Part shown: piece by piece, positions 1-11,437 of the stretch | How the letters are laid out: the number at the start of each line of letters is the position of its first letter | How positions within the stretch are numbered: position 1 is the first letter of the stretch | NCBI GenBank assembly: GCA_013115145.1 | Contig: JAAPAO010000240.1 | Location: 1-48,438, forward strand | Direction of reading: 5' to 3' | DNA: 48,438 nt | Source: Perkinsus chesapeaki ATCC PRA-425 | Taxonomy: Eukaryota; Protista; Perkinsozoa | The notes under the pieces: model-generated | The model's input: only the letters and a program-made list of their open reading frames with translations | Told to the model about the DNA's origin: nothing | The model's database searches: none | Position numbers and translations under genes: made by a program

Positions 1-759
1 ATATAATGAGGCTTTTTAGTCGGAAATGGCTAGTTGAAACTTTCTTATCAAACCTTAGCTCAGAAGGTCGAGTCGATTAACCCACTACATCAGGGATGGT
101 GCCTCAGAACACTCCTTCGGGAACGTTCTCTTTCAGACAAACAATGCATGGTTCACATTAAACCACGTCTTGGCGCCGACAAGCTTTGCCCTGACTCGTG
201 AGAGGCCCCAGGAAACTTACCGCGCTCGATGCTCAATTTTTAAAATCTCGCTCGCCGACGTTGATGTATTTCTGCGCCTGATCGATTTCGTCATTTAAGC
301 TACATGAGCCCAAAAGTGAAGTGAACCGCATCTCTGCTGGTTGTGAATCGACACGCTCGTTTACTATCCATGATGGAGTGTATAATGCCTGTCGTGGCTG
401 TTTAGCGAGTCATACCGTACTTTCCTCGACGGCGTTGGAATTGCCGGTATACCTCTCGGCATTGTCAGTCGTGTAGGGTACATCCTGATGAGCACAGCAG
501 AACCTAGCAGTGGCGAATCTCATCAATAGAAAGTCACTTCCTGAATTCTGCCACATTAATATCAGCTGTTTGAACCTTGGGTCGCTGTGTCGGCCTCGGG
601 TATAGGTGCTGATAACATTTCCTTGTTCATTAATAAGTAAGATAGCGTGTACAGTAATAGTACGAGTTAGCTTCTCAATGTAAAAAACCAATTTTTAATG
701 GAACTTGTATTGCTTAGTCCATATCAGCCTCATCCTTCAGTTTATCGCGGCGCTCTTCG

Positions 760-1596
760 ATGATATTCACATCATTCTGGGTCTTCTGCTGGTTCGCCTT
801 TGTTCTGGTGCAAGTAGATGGTATTGTCTTCGGCCCGCGTGGAATGTATTGTTCATCTCAAGATGTTGGCGGCGGCAACCTGCCCATCTTGGTCATGCAC
901 TTTACTCCGTCTTTGTATCATTCCTGGCCAGGTCCAACCCTCTACGGGTACTTCCGCATTCATGGCCTGTCCCACAATGGGACCTATTCATGTATCGTCG
1001 ACGATGAGATTGGATACACGGCCATTCCTGCCGGCGATGTAATTGAGGACTTCCCTACCTCACTCTACTTGCCCAACACGAATCCAATAGGTCGCTTCGC
1101 TTCAGCTATGGGCCTGGAATCACCGCTACCTCTCGTAGAGATGCAATACAAGTACGATAATCATGGCATTGGTTATGTTCAGGTTGCTACTTCTAGTGGT
1201 GACGTTAGATTGACGTTCGCCAGATGCCAACAATCGTTCTTCACCCGAACCTTCTGCTCCACGCCATCCTACGATGATTCGAGCTTTTATATCGCTATCA
1301 GTGAGGGAGAACTAAGCATGTCTATCGGAGGCCTTCCCGTGTATAGAGGACGATATCTGTTGGATACAGACCACTCCCCAATGAATGTCTCATTGGTCAA
1401 GTCCAAGGAAAATCATTTCGATCCTATCTTCAAGTTTATGCATAACGAGACTGAAGCCTTCCACGAATATTTCTGGAACCGTGGCGAAGCTCTCTCATGG
1501 GATCCGATGAGACAAAGAATGAAGCTGCATCATGGAAGATTCCTTGAGGGAGGTTCCCACTCGCCCTTGCCAGATGTCGTTCTGAATCCTTGTTGA
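760..1596 (+). CDS. Secreted hypothetical protein, intronless FGPRGMYCS family (278 aa)
   Basis: Uninterrupted ORF with hydrophobic N-terminus (MIFTSFWVFCWFAFVLVQVDG). Shares FGPRGMYCS, YRG..LDTD..PM, KSKE..FD and HEYFWNRGEAL.WDP with 39977-40816 and the decayed copy at 6613-7473. Confidence 0.85.
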   Translation: MIFTSFWVFCWFAFVLVQVDGIVFGPRGMYCSSQDVGGGNLPILVMHFTPSLYHSWPGPTLYGYFRIHGLSHNGTYSCIVDDEIGYTAIPAGDVIEDFPTSLYLPNTNPIGRFASAMGLESPLPLVEMQYKYDNHGIGYVQVATSSGDVRLTFARCQQSFFTRTFCSTPSYDDSSFYIAISEGELSMSIGGLPVYRGRYLLDTDHSPMNVSLVKSKENHFDPIFKFMHNETEAFHEYFWNRGEALSWDPMRQRMKLHHGRFLEGGSHSPLPDVVLNPC

Positions 1597-4226
1597 GATT
1601 ATCATTAGCAAGTTGAAAGTACAAGCTGGTCTTCATCCATGGAACAGCGGTGACTATGAGAAGTGAAAAACTCATTTTACTTTTCCTGTCATTTGGTAAA
1701 TGACATTTTTAGCCCCTTATCGATATTTCGGGTAACTTCGCCTGTTGCCCCCCTTCTGTGACGTGAACCTAGTAGAGGTATAATTCATTATGACTATTAT
1801 TATCGGTAATGGAATGACACCTTACTCCTCATTTTCTTTTGACGTTAACCTGGCCGTGCTGCGTTGTCGCTCACCACGACTACAAGTCACATCGTGCGCG
1901 CCAGAACTGTCAGTTAGACAAATTGAACAATGACCTCACCAAGTGCCACATCGAAAGTAGCTGGTAGGGAGAAGCTTTCGGTCGGGGCAAAGTCAATCTA
2001 AGTTTTGTACTCAGAACTCGGTATCATTCAGATTCTGAATGATACCGTAATTCAAGGGTTATATGATACTGCATCATACTTGAGCCGCTCAATTGGACCG
2101 TATCGAAGTTTAGAAGGGTATATCTGCCATAAAGCTGCGTTCAGAGAACTCATCAACAGCTGGCGGGGCGGCTCTCCACTAGTTGTGTTAGTTTGGCCAC
2201 AGGATATAGGAAGACGAATACAATGGCGTACCTCAGCGGATTCGAGCCCATAGAACATAAAATACGAGCTACCATTCACTGCTTAACGAGACATTATATC
2301 CAATTACTATCATTTGGGAGCTAGCCTGCAACCACGCTTACTTGGCAGCACCACAAGGCGACGAGGGTAAGCATTCCAAGGACTCCTTGGCAAGGAGTAG
2401 CTATCCATTTAATAATAGCTTTTCTCGATTTATTGAAACACCTTCTCCCAGGGTCACATGCGCTCATCTCACCAAACTTATGACAGGCGTCATAATGAAG
2501 GACTGACAATTAGACTGTTATGCTCAACGAGCAGCACCTAGTTTTAGAATCCACTCCTCAGGGACCCGGAGGAGCACGTAAAAGGATTACAAGCTAAAAT
2601 AAATAATAAATAGAGAAACAATACGCAATACCTACAATAGGTACAATCTTACGCTGTAAGCAGTTATGCTCTGCGAAGTATACCACAGTGCGGAAGTTAC
2701 GAACCGGGACTCGCGGGCGAGTCATCAAAGTCGCTGATTCGGAGAGCCTTCAAGTGTGCTAATTGTTAATACATTATTATTAGTGTTACGCCGATATCAT
2801 TGCCGACTACAGTACCTACAATGCGCGTCTCATCACCTCATCACGCGTCTTCATTTAGATTTAGGTACAACTAGGGTGTGTTGATCAATGAGTACCCTAC
2901 GCTTATGTTTTCAAGCTTAATAGGAGTATCCTCGAAGTCCCAGAGGCGAACTGCTTCCCAGTAGTCAGAAACGAATAAAAAGTACAAAATCGGTTCGCCA
3001 CATTCCGAGGAACCACAGCTCAAAAACTGTTTAACGCTAGACTCATGTTTTTGTTAGGAAAGTGCATAAATGCAAATCAATAAGACCTTACAGGAAACAC
3101 CATTTAAAATCTCATCCTTCTATCACAATTTTGTTTGGCTTTGCCGAAATAAGACACACAAGGCCGCTGGAGGGAGATTGTCTGCAAGTTCCATTTTTTA
3201 GCTGTTGAAGTCTTCTTTCGGCAACCACAATACATGAGTTTTACTTCGTAGAGCCCGTGATAGCAAGCATGGTGAGTTAACGGGCCGAGAGTAGTTAATT
3301 CACTGACACCGTTAGACATCGTGGAAGCGCATAGACTCGAATGAGCCTTCGAATGTCTTCAACATTCATCAGATCTCAGATTTTGCGCTCCATGTTCTTG
3401 CGTACCTCCTTTCTAGAGTTCGTAAAGAACTCTTCTGGATAACCCAAGAATCACAAAAATACAATCACTCAACAGTCCAATAAAGTCGTGATTTCCTTAA
3501 TTGATATTATCAGTCAGTTGAATAGGTATGAGCGAGATTATCAGTGAGGGCCAGGAGAAGCTGTGAAAGCTCTTTTCTTTGCACGTCAATCGAAAACCTC
3601 GGTTGTGGTCTTGCATTTACATGAAGATGACCAGACGAGTCATATGGTTACGGGAGCCCAAGATATGGAAAATAAGGTTTTCCACGTATGGACACTGCGG
3701 AACGTAGGCTTCCGAGCTTTTAGCCAGCCAGAAGTAGAGAATAAGTAGTAGAAGAAACGAGGCCAGAAGGAGTGCTAGCTCCGAGCTATGCCGGCTAAAC
3801 CGGCCACTTTCCTGCAACCCAAGATTTTCGGGTTTGGCCGCCCTGACCGCTCGGCGGAAGTATCGGGCCCTTCTAGTCCAATCAAACGATGATATACAGA
3901 TAAACAAGTTGAGGCAATCATTGAGCATTCATCGCATATGAGCGAGATGTTACTGCGGAACGACGAGGCCAAATTCATACGCGTGCGGAGATCTAGATGC
4001 GCACGACGCGCATCTTCGCCGCTCCCCCAACTTCAGCATGGGTTTTTGCTTCGAAGCGTGATGGAGGTTTACCCTAGGGAACAGCCGACTTGCTGCCTCA
4101 CGGACCTGTACCTGTGGGCCGTGTTCGTAGACCGTGTGACTTCAGATTAGCTATCGACATTCGAGCCCTCCCATAAGACCAATACATCGGTAAAATAACT
4201 GCTTTCTAGTGTCAGATCCACTTTGC

Positions 4227-5230
4227 ATGAGAGTAATCGCTTTCATCGTCATCTCACTCCACACCACCTTCAGCTTCGTGCACACTCAGGAAGCTCAAGG
4301 TAAGGTTCTGAATAACACGAATAAATTGCTGTTTTTAACATCCAGCTCCCAGGGAGCTGCTCCCTACTCCAAACCTACTGGAGACTGCCATTTCGCCGAT
4401 GGCCTGATTGTGGATTGTCACTGCCCAGAAGGCACTCAACCAATATTGACAGACGTGAGATGAGCACCACTGCTGATTTGTGGCACCAAGTCGGTGCTGA
4501 ATTTAGTAGGCTCTGGAGCACTAGTGGTGTACCTTAATTCTCAAACTTTTGCTGTAAGCCTCTCGTAGGTTACAACCTGAGGATACGCTGCCGGCGGCAG
4601 CCGCCGATCCTTCGGGGGCTATACTTTTGAGTTATGTTGTTTTGAAGTGTGCTAGGCTAGTAGAACTAGTTAATAGTGAAAAACGTACTCTCGTTTGAAA
4701 TTAGTTCCCGGTTTGGCCAGAGCTCATTTGAGTTAGTAATCGGTTGACCTATATTTGCCATGATTCGAATCCAATTTCTCAGACACATGCTTATCGTATG
4801 TGTGTGCCTCCTTGCAAGACCAATAAGGACTGCCCCCCCAAGCCCGGGAGGAAGATTTATCAAACCGGTCTGCCTTGGTGAGGAGTATTGCCTGCTCTCC
4901 TGTAACTCGGTAAGTTGATAACGCTTTATGGTGTACGGGTGAATCCATATCTAAAGGGCGTTTGTGCTTGTTCCAGGGCACTGGTTTCGGTCGTCGTACT
5001 AGCAACGGGACTCTCACATGCAGTACAGGGTTCCGGGTTCAGCGGATTCCCATTAGCCGTCCATTCTGCATTTTCTAACTTTCTTACCACATTAGTGGTG
5101 CCCCGTGAAACATACTTATGTCCTGAAAAAGCACCTTCACCATTATCAGATACTCGAGAAATGCCCTGGAAGCACATACTGCAGAAAATCTGATCAAGGC
5201 CGTATATGCCTGTATAACAAGTTCTCATAG
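4227..5230 (+). pseudogene. Multi-exon secreted Cys-rich protein locus, copy A (frameshifted)
   Basis: Signal-like exon MRVIAFIVISLHTTFSFVHTQEAQ|gtaagg, then exons CHCPEG, YNLRIRC, CVPPCKTNKDCP..CLGEEYCLLSCNS|gtaagt and EKCPGSTYCRKSDQGRICLY. Carries +1 indels relative to copy B in a C7 run (4833-4839) and an A5 run (5126-5130). Confidence 0.65.
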
Positions 5231-5389
5231 TGATGATCATATGACTCGCGGTGCGGTACCATTCTTTAAATGTTAATAAGTGTGCCGCCCTTAAGTGGGT
5301 TGAACCCAGTAGGTTTGTCAAGGTCTTAAATGGCTAGTATTTCTGCTGCTGCTGCTGCTGGGCAAGCGCCTGGAGCGTTCGAACCGCGC

Positions 5390-5970
5390 AGCTACTCATT
5401 ACTAGCTGTCATCTTCCCTTTAGAGGGTCCTGGTCACGAAACTTGACAGTGTGGAGTTAACGAGTAAATTGAAAGTATTTCGTAACCCCCTTCTGACTCT
5501 GAGTATTCACTCGAGCTTGAAGCGTTCGATGATAAAGTTTCAAGAGTAACTTGAATGGTACCATGTGGAAGATCATATCTCACTGTGGTATGGTTAGATG
5601 AAATCGCGATAACGGAGGGCTTGCCTGGCAAGTTAAGGATGCGAAGTACTACGTGACAATTTGACAAAGATTTCCCTCTCAAACATTTCTCTTCATGAGA
5701 TATGATGTGAATGCGCAGGAATTATACGTCAAGTTTCGATAACTGGGGGAACAATCGGTGACAGGTTGCTATGTTTGGATGCAGGGCTTGGATAGACTGG
5801 CTTGATGCGGGTTACTAAGCAAAACCAACTCAAGATTGAACAAACCAGACAACGAGGGGTTTTCGGTGCGGAATCTGAGCGTCACAGATCTGCTCATACT
5901 TGCAATAAGATTTTGCCGAAACGTACGGCGTTCAAAGGCCAAGTGAAATAGGTGCATACTCCGAGGGGTC
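5390..5970 (+). pseudogene. Decayed coding remnant, copy A
   Basis: Fragments LDEIAITEGL, FLFMRYDVNAQEL, GTIG..CLDA.LG and RLNKPD..SVRNLSV are conserved with 10300-11020, with differences mostly at third codon positions in the + frame. Multiple stops and frameshifts. Confidence 0.55.
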
Positions 5971-6612
5971 GCCAATTGAGAAATGAAGATCCCTTGGTTG
6001 TTGGTGAGAAGTCCTATTCTCCGTTACTCGAAACTCAACCAACACTCATTTTCTGGAATTTCGAATTCCACATTCCCGGTCAACCCAGCCGCGTAGCACT
6101 ATGAGTCACACTTTATTAAATAGTCACTCTCGAGAGCTTTGTAGCTCTGCAAAAGAGCTGTCAAAAGAACCACCCTCTCGAAACAGTCATTCGAAGAAGC
6201 ACATTTTCGGGTTTGTACATCGTATATCTAGTGTCACTGCGCAGCCGTGCGAATAATCGACCAAGCTCTGGTGGTCGGTGGGAGTGAAGTCGGGCACGCT
6301 GCGTGACTCACGCACACTAGCTCATTCTGCACATCATCAGCACTTCATAACTGACCGTCAAATTCTGACGTCACGCGGCATCGGTATGGAAGGGACCGAT
6401 ACGTTAGCCTTTGGAACGCGCTTCCTGTCCTAGGAAGGACAAGTCGGACGAGACCGAAAGAAAGCCAAGACCGGAGCCGGGCTGTGTCACCGACACCTAG
6501 AATCACATGACAATGCCACGGTGACATCCCAAATGCGTGAGTGACCGAGAGGCGAACTTGTTCAATACTTTGTTGTTGGATATTTTGTATATAGCATATC
6601 AAACTTATTCAG

Positions 6613-7473
6613 ATGCGTCTCGCAGCTTTTCGGCACCAGCTGGCTTATCTTGCTTACCTACGCGCTACAGCAAGCTAGTGGGGAAATCTTAAGTCTACGT
6701 GGTATGTACTACTCAGTCCGAACGGTTGGTGATGATCTACCAAAGATGGCCATGCACTTCACTCCCAGGCGTGTCTTCTAGACCCAGGATACCGCGTTCA
6801 TGGGCGAATTTAAGGCGTATGGCCTCTCGCCGAGTGGTGAATATGGTACGATTGACTGGAAGCAGATCGACTATACAGCGCGTAAGGCCGATTCCGGGGA
6901 TCAACGTGTAGAATCTACACAGTATTCGGTTGCCCGAAAACTTCATCGATGAGCTCTTCGCGTTAGTATGGGACTGGGAAAGAAGGATCTCCTTCATATG
7001 AGCTACATTAAGGGTATTGGTGTCCAAGTCAGCTCTTCAAAAGGATGATACTAATTTATGAAGCTTGCTTGCAAGACTTTGAAACTTGGACTTTTTGAAA
7101 CTGGTGCGCAACACTCGAAACTGGTGGTACCAGATTGAACCTTGTCGCCCACCGCGACGGACTCATTCAGAAACTTTTCATTTCCGCTGGTGCTCAATAT
7201 CTAGTAGATATTGTAGCAGGTATGTAGGAAAATGGGTTCTAGACTCTGACGAGGTCCCTATGAGCCTCGTGGCGGTCAAGTTCCATGAGAGGCAACTCGA
7301 TGGAATCCTGGAATTCACGAAGGAATCTGGAATCTCTCTTCGAGTATTTCTGGAGTGGAGGCAAGGCTCTCAGTTGGAATCCACTTGGGCAACAACTTCA
7401 ACTACATCCCGGGAGATGGACTCCTGAATCTGATGCTCCGCCCCTCCCTTACATTGTTTTTGGAGATCGCTAA
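6613..7473 (+). pseudogene. Pseudogene of the secreted FGPRGMYCS family
   Basis: Spliced-together frames give GEILSLRGMYYS..LPKMAMHFTP, YVGKWVLDSDEVPM and EYFWSGGKALSWNP..LHPGRW..PPLPYIV, homologous to 760-1596. In-frame stops and frameshifts are present. Confidence 0.85.
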
Positions 7474-8004
7474 ACACTGATCCATTAGCTTATTAATAAG
7501 TTGTCATCAGGTACCTTGGTCTTACAATATAATAGTATTACACTTGACTTCACTGCGAATGTCATTCTTCACATCCTTGGCAGTAGCGTGTGCGAGATAG
7601 GAGCTTTCCTTCGTCGCAGCTGAAGCTTTCCCACGAGGGGACATTCCACATATTCATTCATATTTTTCAATTTACTACCGTCATGAAACTGGTCTCGAAC
7701 TTTCAACAGCTTGTGTTGTCAATCAAGCTTCCTAGTCTTCAGTCGATCCTAGCTTGCCAATTCAACTACAGGGTCGAGCTGACTAGATCCTCCGGAGCCG
7801 GAGGATTCATTTCGCTACTCTCGCGTTATAATCTACGCGGGAATACTCGATAGATTTGTCCGATATAGAAACACGAGATAAGTGATATCTCCGGTTACTG
7901 TCAACTAAACACGAGCATTTTACGACATGTTATCACAAATACGTTAATACGTTTCGGATGTCACTCAAAATACAAAACTTTACTTATAAGCAGGACTGAA
8001 TCAC

Positions 8005-8263
8005 AATGCGTCAGTGAGTGTGAACCAAATATCCTCATAGACTTCCTTTTTTAACAGGAACCCACATTGACATTGACTTTGAACACCGAGGAGTTTGCCA
8101 AAGTGCGTTCCTCGGCGAAAGCTGCGTGAATGGCGATGTGAGTTTCATTAAGTTCGTTCACGCTACCAATGAAGACGTCCCCCGAGGGGAAATATCCAAG
8201 GGAGGGGGTAGCTGTGAGAAATGCAGCTGGTAGGACATCGAAGAGCACTATCTATGCTCTCAT
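8005..8263 (-). pseudogene. Pseudogene paralogue of the secreted protein at 22289-22732
   Basis: LFDVLPAAFLTATPSLGYFPSGDVFIG..NSSVFKVNV, then EDIWFTLTD in a shifted frame. TAG at codon 4 after the ATG at 8263. Confidence 0.8.
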
Positions 8264-8319
8264 CAATAATACGCAGGGTAAATCTGTAAGATAGCCTAAA
8301 GAAGAAGAAAACACATATT

Positions 8320-8484
8320 AGCAGATGCACTCGCACTGGTTGACTCAACAACTGGATTGGGCATAATTGGATTAAGTACAAACAATATATTCTTCTCTCG
8401 GATCTCCTATCCAGCCGCTTAGCTGCGACCGGCTCATGCATACAATTATGGGTGAGCGAGATTCGTGCTTGTACGCGCGAACAG
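8320..8484. mobile_element. 165-bp insertion flanked by 8-bp direct repeats (CACATATT)
   Basis: CACATATT at 8312-8319 and 8485-8492. The paralogous upstream region at ~22780 has a single cacatact. No terminal inverted repeat or polyA seen. Confidence 0.45.
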
Positions 8485-8705
8485 CACATATTGTACAGTA
8501 CAATTTGTATACGCGTGCGGAGATCTACATGCACCACGCGCATCTTCGCCGCTCCCCCAATTTCAGCACAGGTTCTTGCTTCGAAGCGTGATGGAGGTTT
8601 ACCCTAGAGGATAACCGACTTGCTGCCTCAAGGACCTGTAGACCGGGTTTGTATACCGTGTGATTCTGTTCGACTTTTGATTAGCTATCAACTTTCGAGC
8701 CCTTC

Positions 8706-9150
8706 TGTAGCCATAGCGGGATCAAGCCACTCGTTTTCTGGTACAAACCCAACAGTCGGGGCATTAGACGAAGAAGGATTAGCCATCAGAAAATGTCAGA
8801 TTAGTACTATAAAGAGATACAAAGGGTACGAGACAATCATACCTACTCGACTGAACTCATGAAACGCCTCAAAAAGTAGAACTTCTTAAGCGAAAAATCA
8901 TCCTGCGGGAGCTCCTTCATCCAAGGCGCATGTTCCTCCCGGAACGACGCGGTGGGCAAGCGTTTTCCAGCACCGACCAGTGTTAAGGAAAGCATAGGAA
9001 TACCAAAGTTGAGAAAAGTATAGCTATCAGCAGAAAAGGTGGAGCATCCGCGTCGCAAGGACACGTACAGGGTAGGCATGCAAAGAGATTCGGCGTCTCA
9101 AACTCAGTTTAGAGCGCGGAGTGCGAGCCAGCCTACCCCCTCTGGCTGCA
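8706..9150. mobile_element. Solo-LTR-like (or MITE-like) insertion, 445 bp
   Basis: Absent from copy A, where the empty site reads gagccctcccataag. Ends TG...CA. Imperfect 15-bp terminal inverted repeat (TGTAGCCATAGCGGG vs reverse-complemented TGCAGCCAGAGGGGG, 12/15). 4-bp near-duplication CTTC/CTCC. Internal TATAAA near 8806. Confidence 0.7.
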
Positions 9151-9209
9151 CTCCCATGAGACCAATACATCGCTAAGATAGCTGATTGTTAGTGTCAGTT
9201 CCACTGCGC

Positions 9210-10202
9210 ATGAGGGTATTTGCTTTCATCGTCATCTCACTCCACACTATCATCAGCTTCGTACACACTCAAGAAGCCCAAGGTGAGGTTTTGAATAACA
9301 CGAAAAAAGTGTTGTCCATACAGTCTTTAACATTCAGCTCCCTACACTAAACCTACTATAGACTGGTCCCACATGGAGGCTCACTGTCCAGAAGGAAGTG
9401 TACTTATAATGACAGACGTGAGATGAGCACCACTGCTGATTGACGGCACTAAGCTGGTGCTGACTTTACTAGACCCCGGAGCACTAAATGTGTATCTCAA
9501 TTTTCAGAATCTTGCTGCAACCCTCTTGCAGGTTACAACCTGAAGGTCCGCTGCCGGCGGCAGCCTGCCGCCCAGGAATTTTGATCCTTCGCGAGCTATA
9601 GTTTCAAGTCATGTTGCTAGGCCGCTTTTTTTCAACGCCTATTTCGACAATAGTGGCTTCAATGTACACGGGCGAACGAGATTTACGTTAAGATTATCGG
9701 AGAATAAATTATAAGAGAATCGGTCGATCTATAATTATCATGATTCGAACCCAACCTCTCAGGTAAATGCTTATTGTATGTGTGTGCCACCTTGCAAGAC
9801 CCGTAAGGACTGCCCCCCAAGCCCGGGAGGAAGATTTATCAAAACGGCCTGCATTGATGCCGACTACTGTGTGCTTACCTGTAACTCAGTAAGTTGATAA
9901 CGCTTAGTGGTGTCCGGGTGACTCGTTCTTAGAGGGCATTTGTATGCTTCCCAGGGCACCGGCTTCATTCGCCGTACTAGCAAAGGGACTCGCACATACA
10001 GTACAGGGCTCCGAGTTCAGCGTATGCTCATTTGCCGTCCGTTCTGGTTTGTTTAACTTACCACATTAGAAGGCCGCGTAGAGCCTACTTGTGTCCTGAA
10101 AAGTACCTCCACCCTTACCAGGTACTCGAGAGATGCCCCGGAAACACACACTGCAGAAAAACCCGTCAAGGCTATGTATGCCTCTATAACCCCCGGGAGT
10201 GA
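9210..10202 (+). CDS. Multi-exon secreted Cys-rich protein locus, copy B (one or two small genes)
   Basis: MRVFAFIVISLHTIISFVHTQEAQ|gtgagg, APYTKPTIDWSHMEAHCPEGSVLIMTD|gtgag, YNLKVRC, open exon 9763-9888 (YCMCVPPCKTRKDCPPSPGGRFIKTACIDADYCVLTCNS), last exon YLCPEKYLHPYQVLERCPGNTHCRKTRQGYVCLYNPRE*. Cys positions are conserved with copy A. The full splice path is not resolved. Confidence 0.6.
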
Positions 10203-10299
10203 TGACCATATGACTGGTGATGCGGTATCATTCCAATAAGTGTGCCGCCCCCCAGTGGGTTGTCAGGGTATTGAATCGCTAGTAGTCTTGCTGCTGCTG

Positions 10300-11020
10300 A
10301 CCGCGCAGCTACTCATTATTTTAGCTGTCATCTTCCTTATGGAAGTACTTTGTAACGAAACTTGAGGGTGTGGTGTTATCGTGTAAGTGAAGAGTATTCC
10401 GTAACCCCCGTCTGACTCTGAGGATTCACTTGAGCTTGGAGTGCTCGGTCACCGAACTTCGGTGATAAAATGAGGGAAACTTGCAAGGTATCATGTGAAA
10501 GATGATACCTCGCTGTGGTATGCTTGGATGAAATCGCGATAACAGAGGGCTTGGCTGACTGATTAAGGATTTACGGCGAAGTACTACGTCGGCAATTCTC
10601 ACTCGAGGATTCCCCGTGCAATCATATCTCTTCCTGAAATATGATGTAAATGCGCGAGAATTGGACGCCAACTCGATAACTGAGGGAACAATTGGTCGCA
10701 CGGTGGTATGTCTGGACGCAGAGCTTGGTTATGTGGACTTGATCATCAAACCTTGATGCGCTCCGCATCCCGCATTATCAAACACAGTTAAATTGAGATT
10801 GAACAAGCCAGACAAGAAGAATTATTCGGTGCGGAATCTAAGCGTTAGAGATCCGCTCATACTTGTAACGCTATAAGAGGTGAACTGGTTATGCTGTCAT
10901 TTCATCCAGGGTGACACGAAATCTGTGCTTTTTTGAATAGCTTTATGAGTAGAGCGAAGATTTTCGCGAAACGTACGGTTTTCGAAGGCTGAGTGAAATT
11001 GGTGCATATTGCACCAAGGG
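10300..11020 (+). pseudogene. Decayed coding remnant, copy B
   Basis: LAVVCLDEIAITEGL, YLFLKYDVNAREL, GTIG..CLDAELG, RLNKPD..SVRNLSV. Stops and frameshifts are present. Confidence 0.5.
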
Positions 11021-11164
11021 GTCCTTCGTCAGAAATATAGTCTCAAACCTCCAACCGTTTGGTGTTGCTAATGAAGTCAATACCAAGTTATCACTTTAAC
11101 TACGGCGGCTAAAGCTCGCAGAGCCTGTATTTCGCCATTCTTGACTTCGATGCTACGTAAAGCC

Positions 11165-11292
11165 TTGATAGACCTGTTCGACATAGAAACATGAGATGAG
11201 TACTATGCCTATGATATGCTACAGTTAACCCGTTTCGGATATCATCACCCAAAATGCAATACTTTACTTATAAGCAGGACTAAATTACAATG
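11165..11292. repeat. Short duplicate of ~7848-8010
   Basis: Shared gatag..tgt.cga.atagaaaca.gagat, cgtttcggat and actttacttataagcaggact blocks. Confidence 0.65.
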
Positions 11293-11363
11293 CAGCAATT
11301 CCGATTGCCACAGCAATGAATGAGCTAACAGCTTAGCCTATAGCCATAGCTAAACTCAGAGAT

Positions 11364-11437
11364 TACCCTGACCGAGAATCGAACCACCTATCTTTGGGTA
11401 GAGGGTCTGACATTCTTCCCAATTGAACTGTCAGACC
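11364..11437 (-). pseudogene. tRNA-like pseudogene or tRNA-derived element (74 nt)
   Basis: Minus strand GGTCTGA CA GTTC AATTGGGAA GAAT G TCAGA CCCTCTA CCCAA AGATA GGTGG TTCGATT CTCGG TCAGGGT A. tRNA spacing and A/B-box-like motifs are present, but the anticodon and T stems pair poorly. Confidence 0.55.

Larger units (their letters stand above)
3979..5970. repeat. Segmental duplication, copy A (partner 8510-11025)
   Basis: Collinear shared blocks, e.g. atacgcgtgcggagatcta (3979/8510), gacagacgtgagatgagcaccactgctgatt, ccaagcccgggaggaagatttatcaaa and cggtgcggaatct. Identity is roughly 75-85% by eye. End points are approximate. Confidence 0.9.
8510..11025. repeat. Segmental duplication, copy B (partner 3979-5970)
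   Basis: As for copy A. Longer mainly because of the 445-bp insertion at 8706-9150. Confidence 0.9.

Noticed and set aside
3104-3930. Possible type II membrane glycosyltransferase pseudogene on the minus strand
   Set aside because: Only a hydrophobic stretch and a VYALP 5-mer, with many stops.
4926-5321. 131-aa minus-strand ORF as a gene
   Set aside because: Cys motifs, splice sites and conservation with copy B all favour the + strand.
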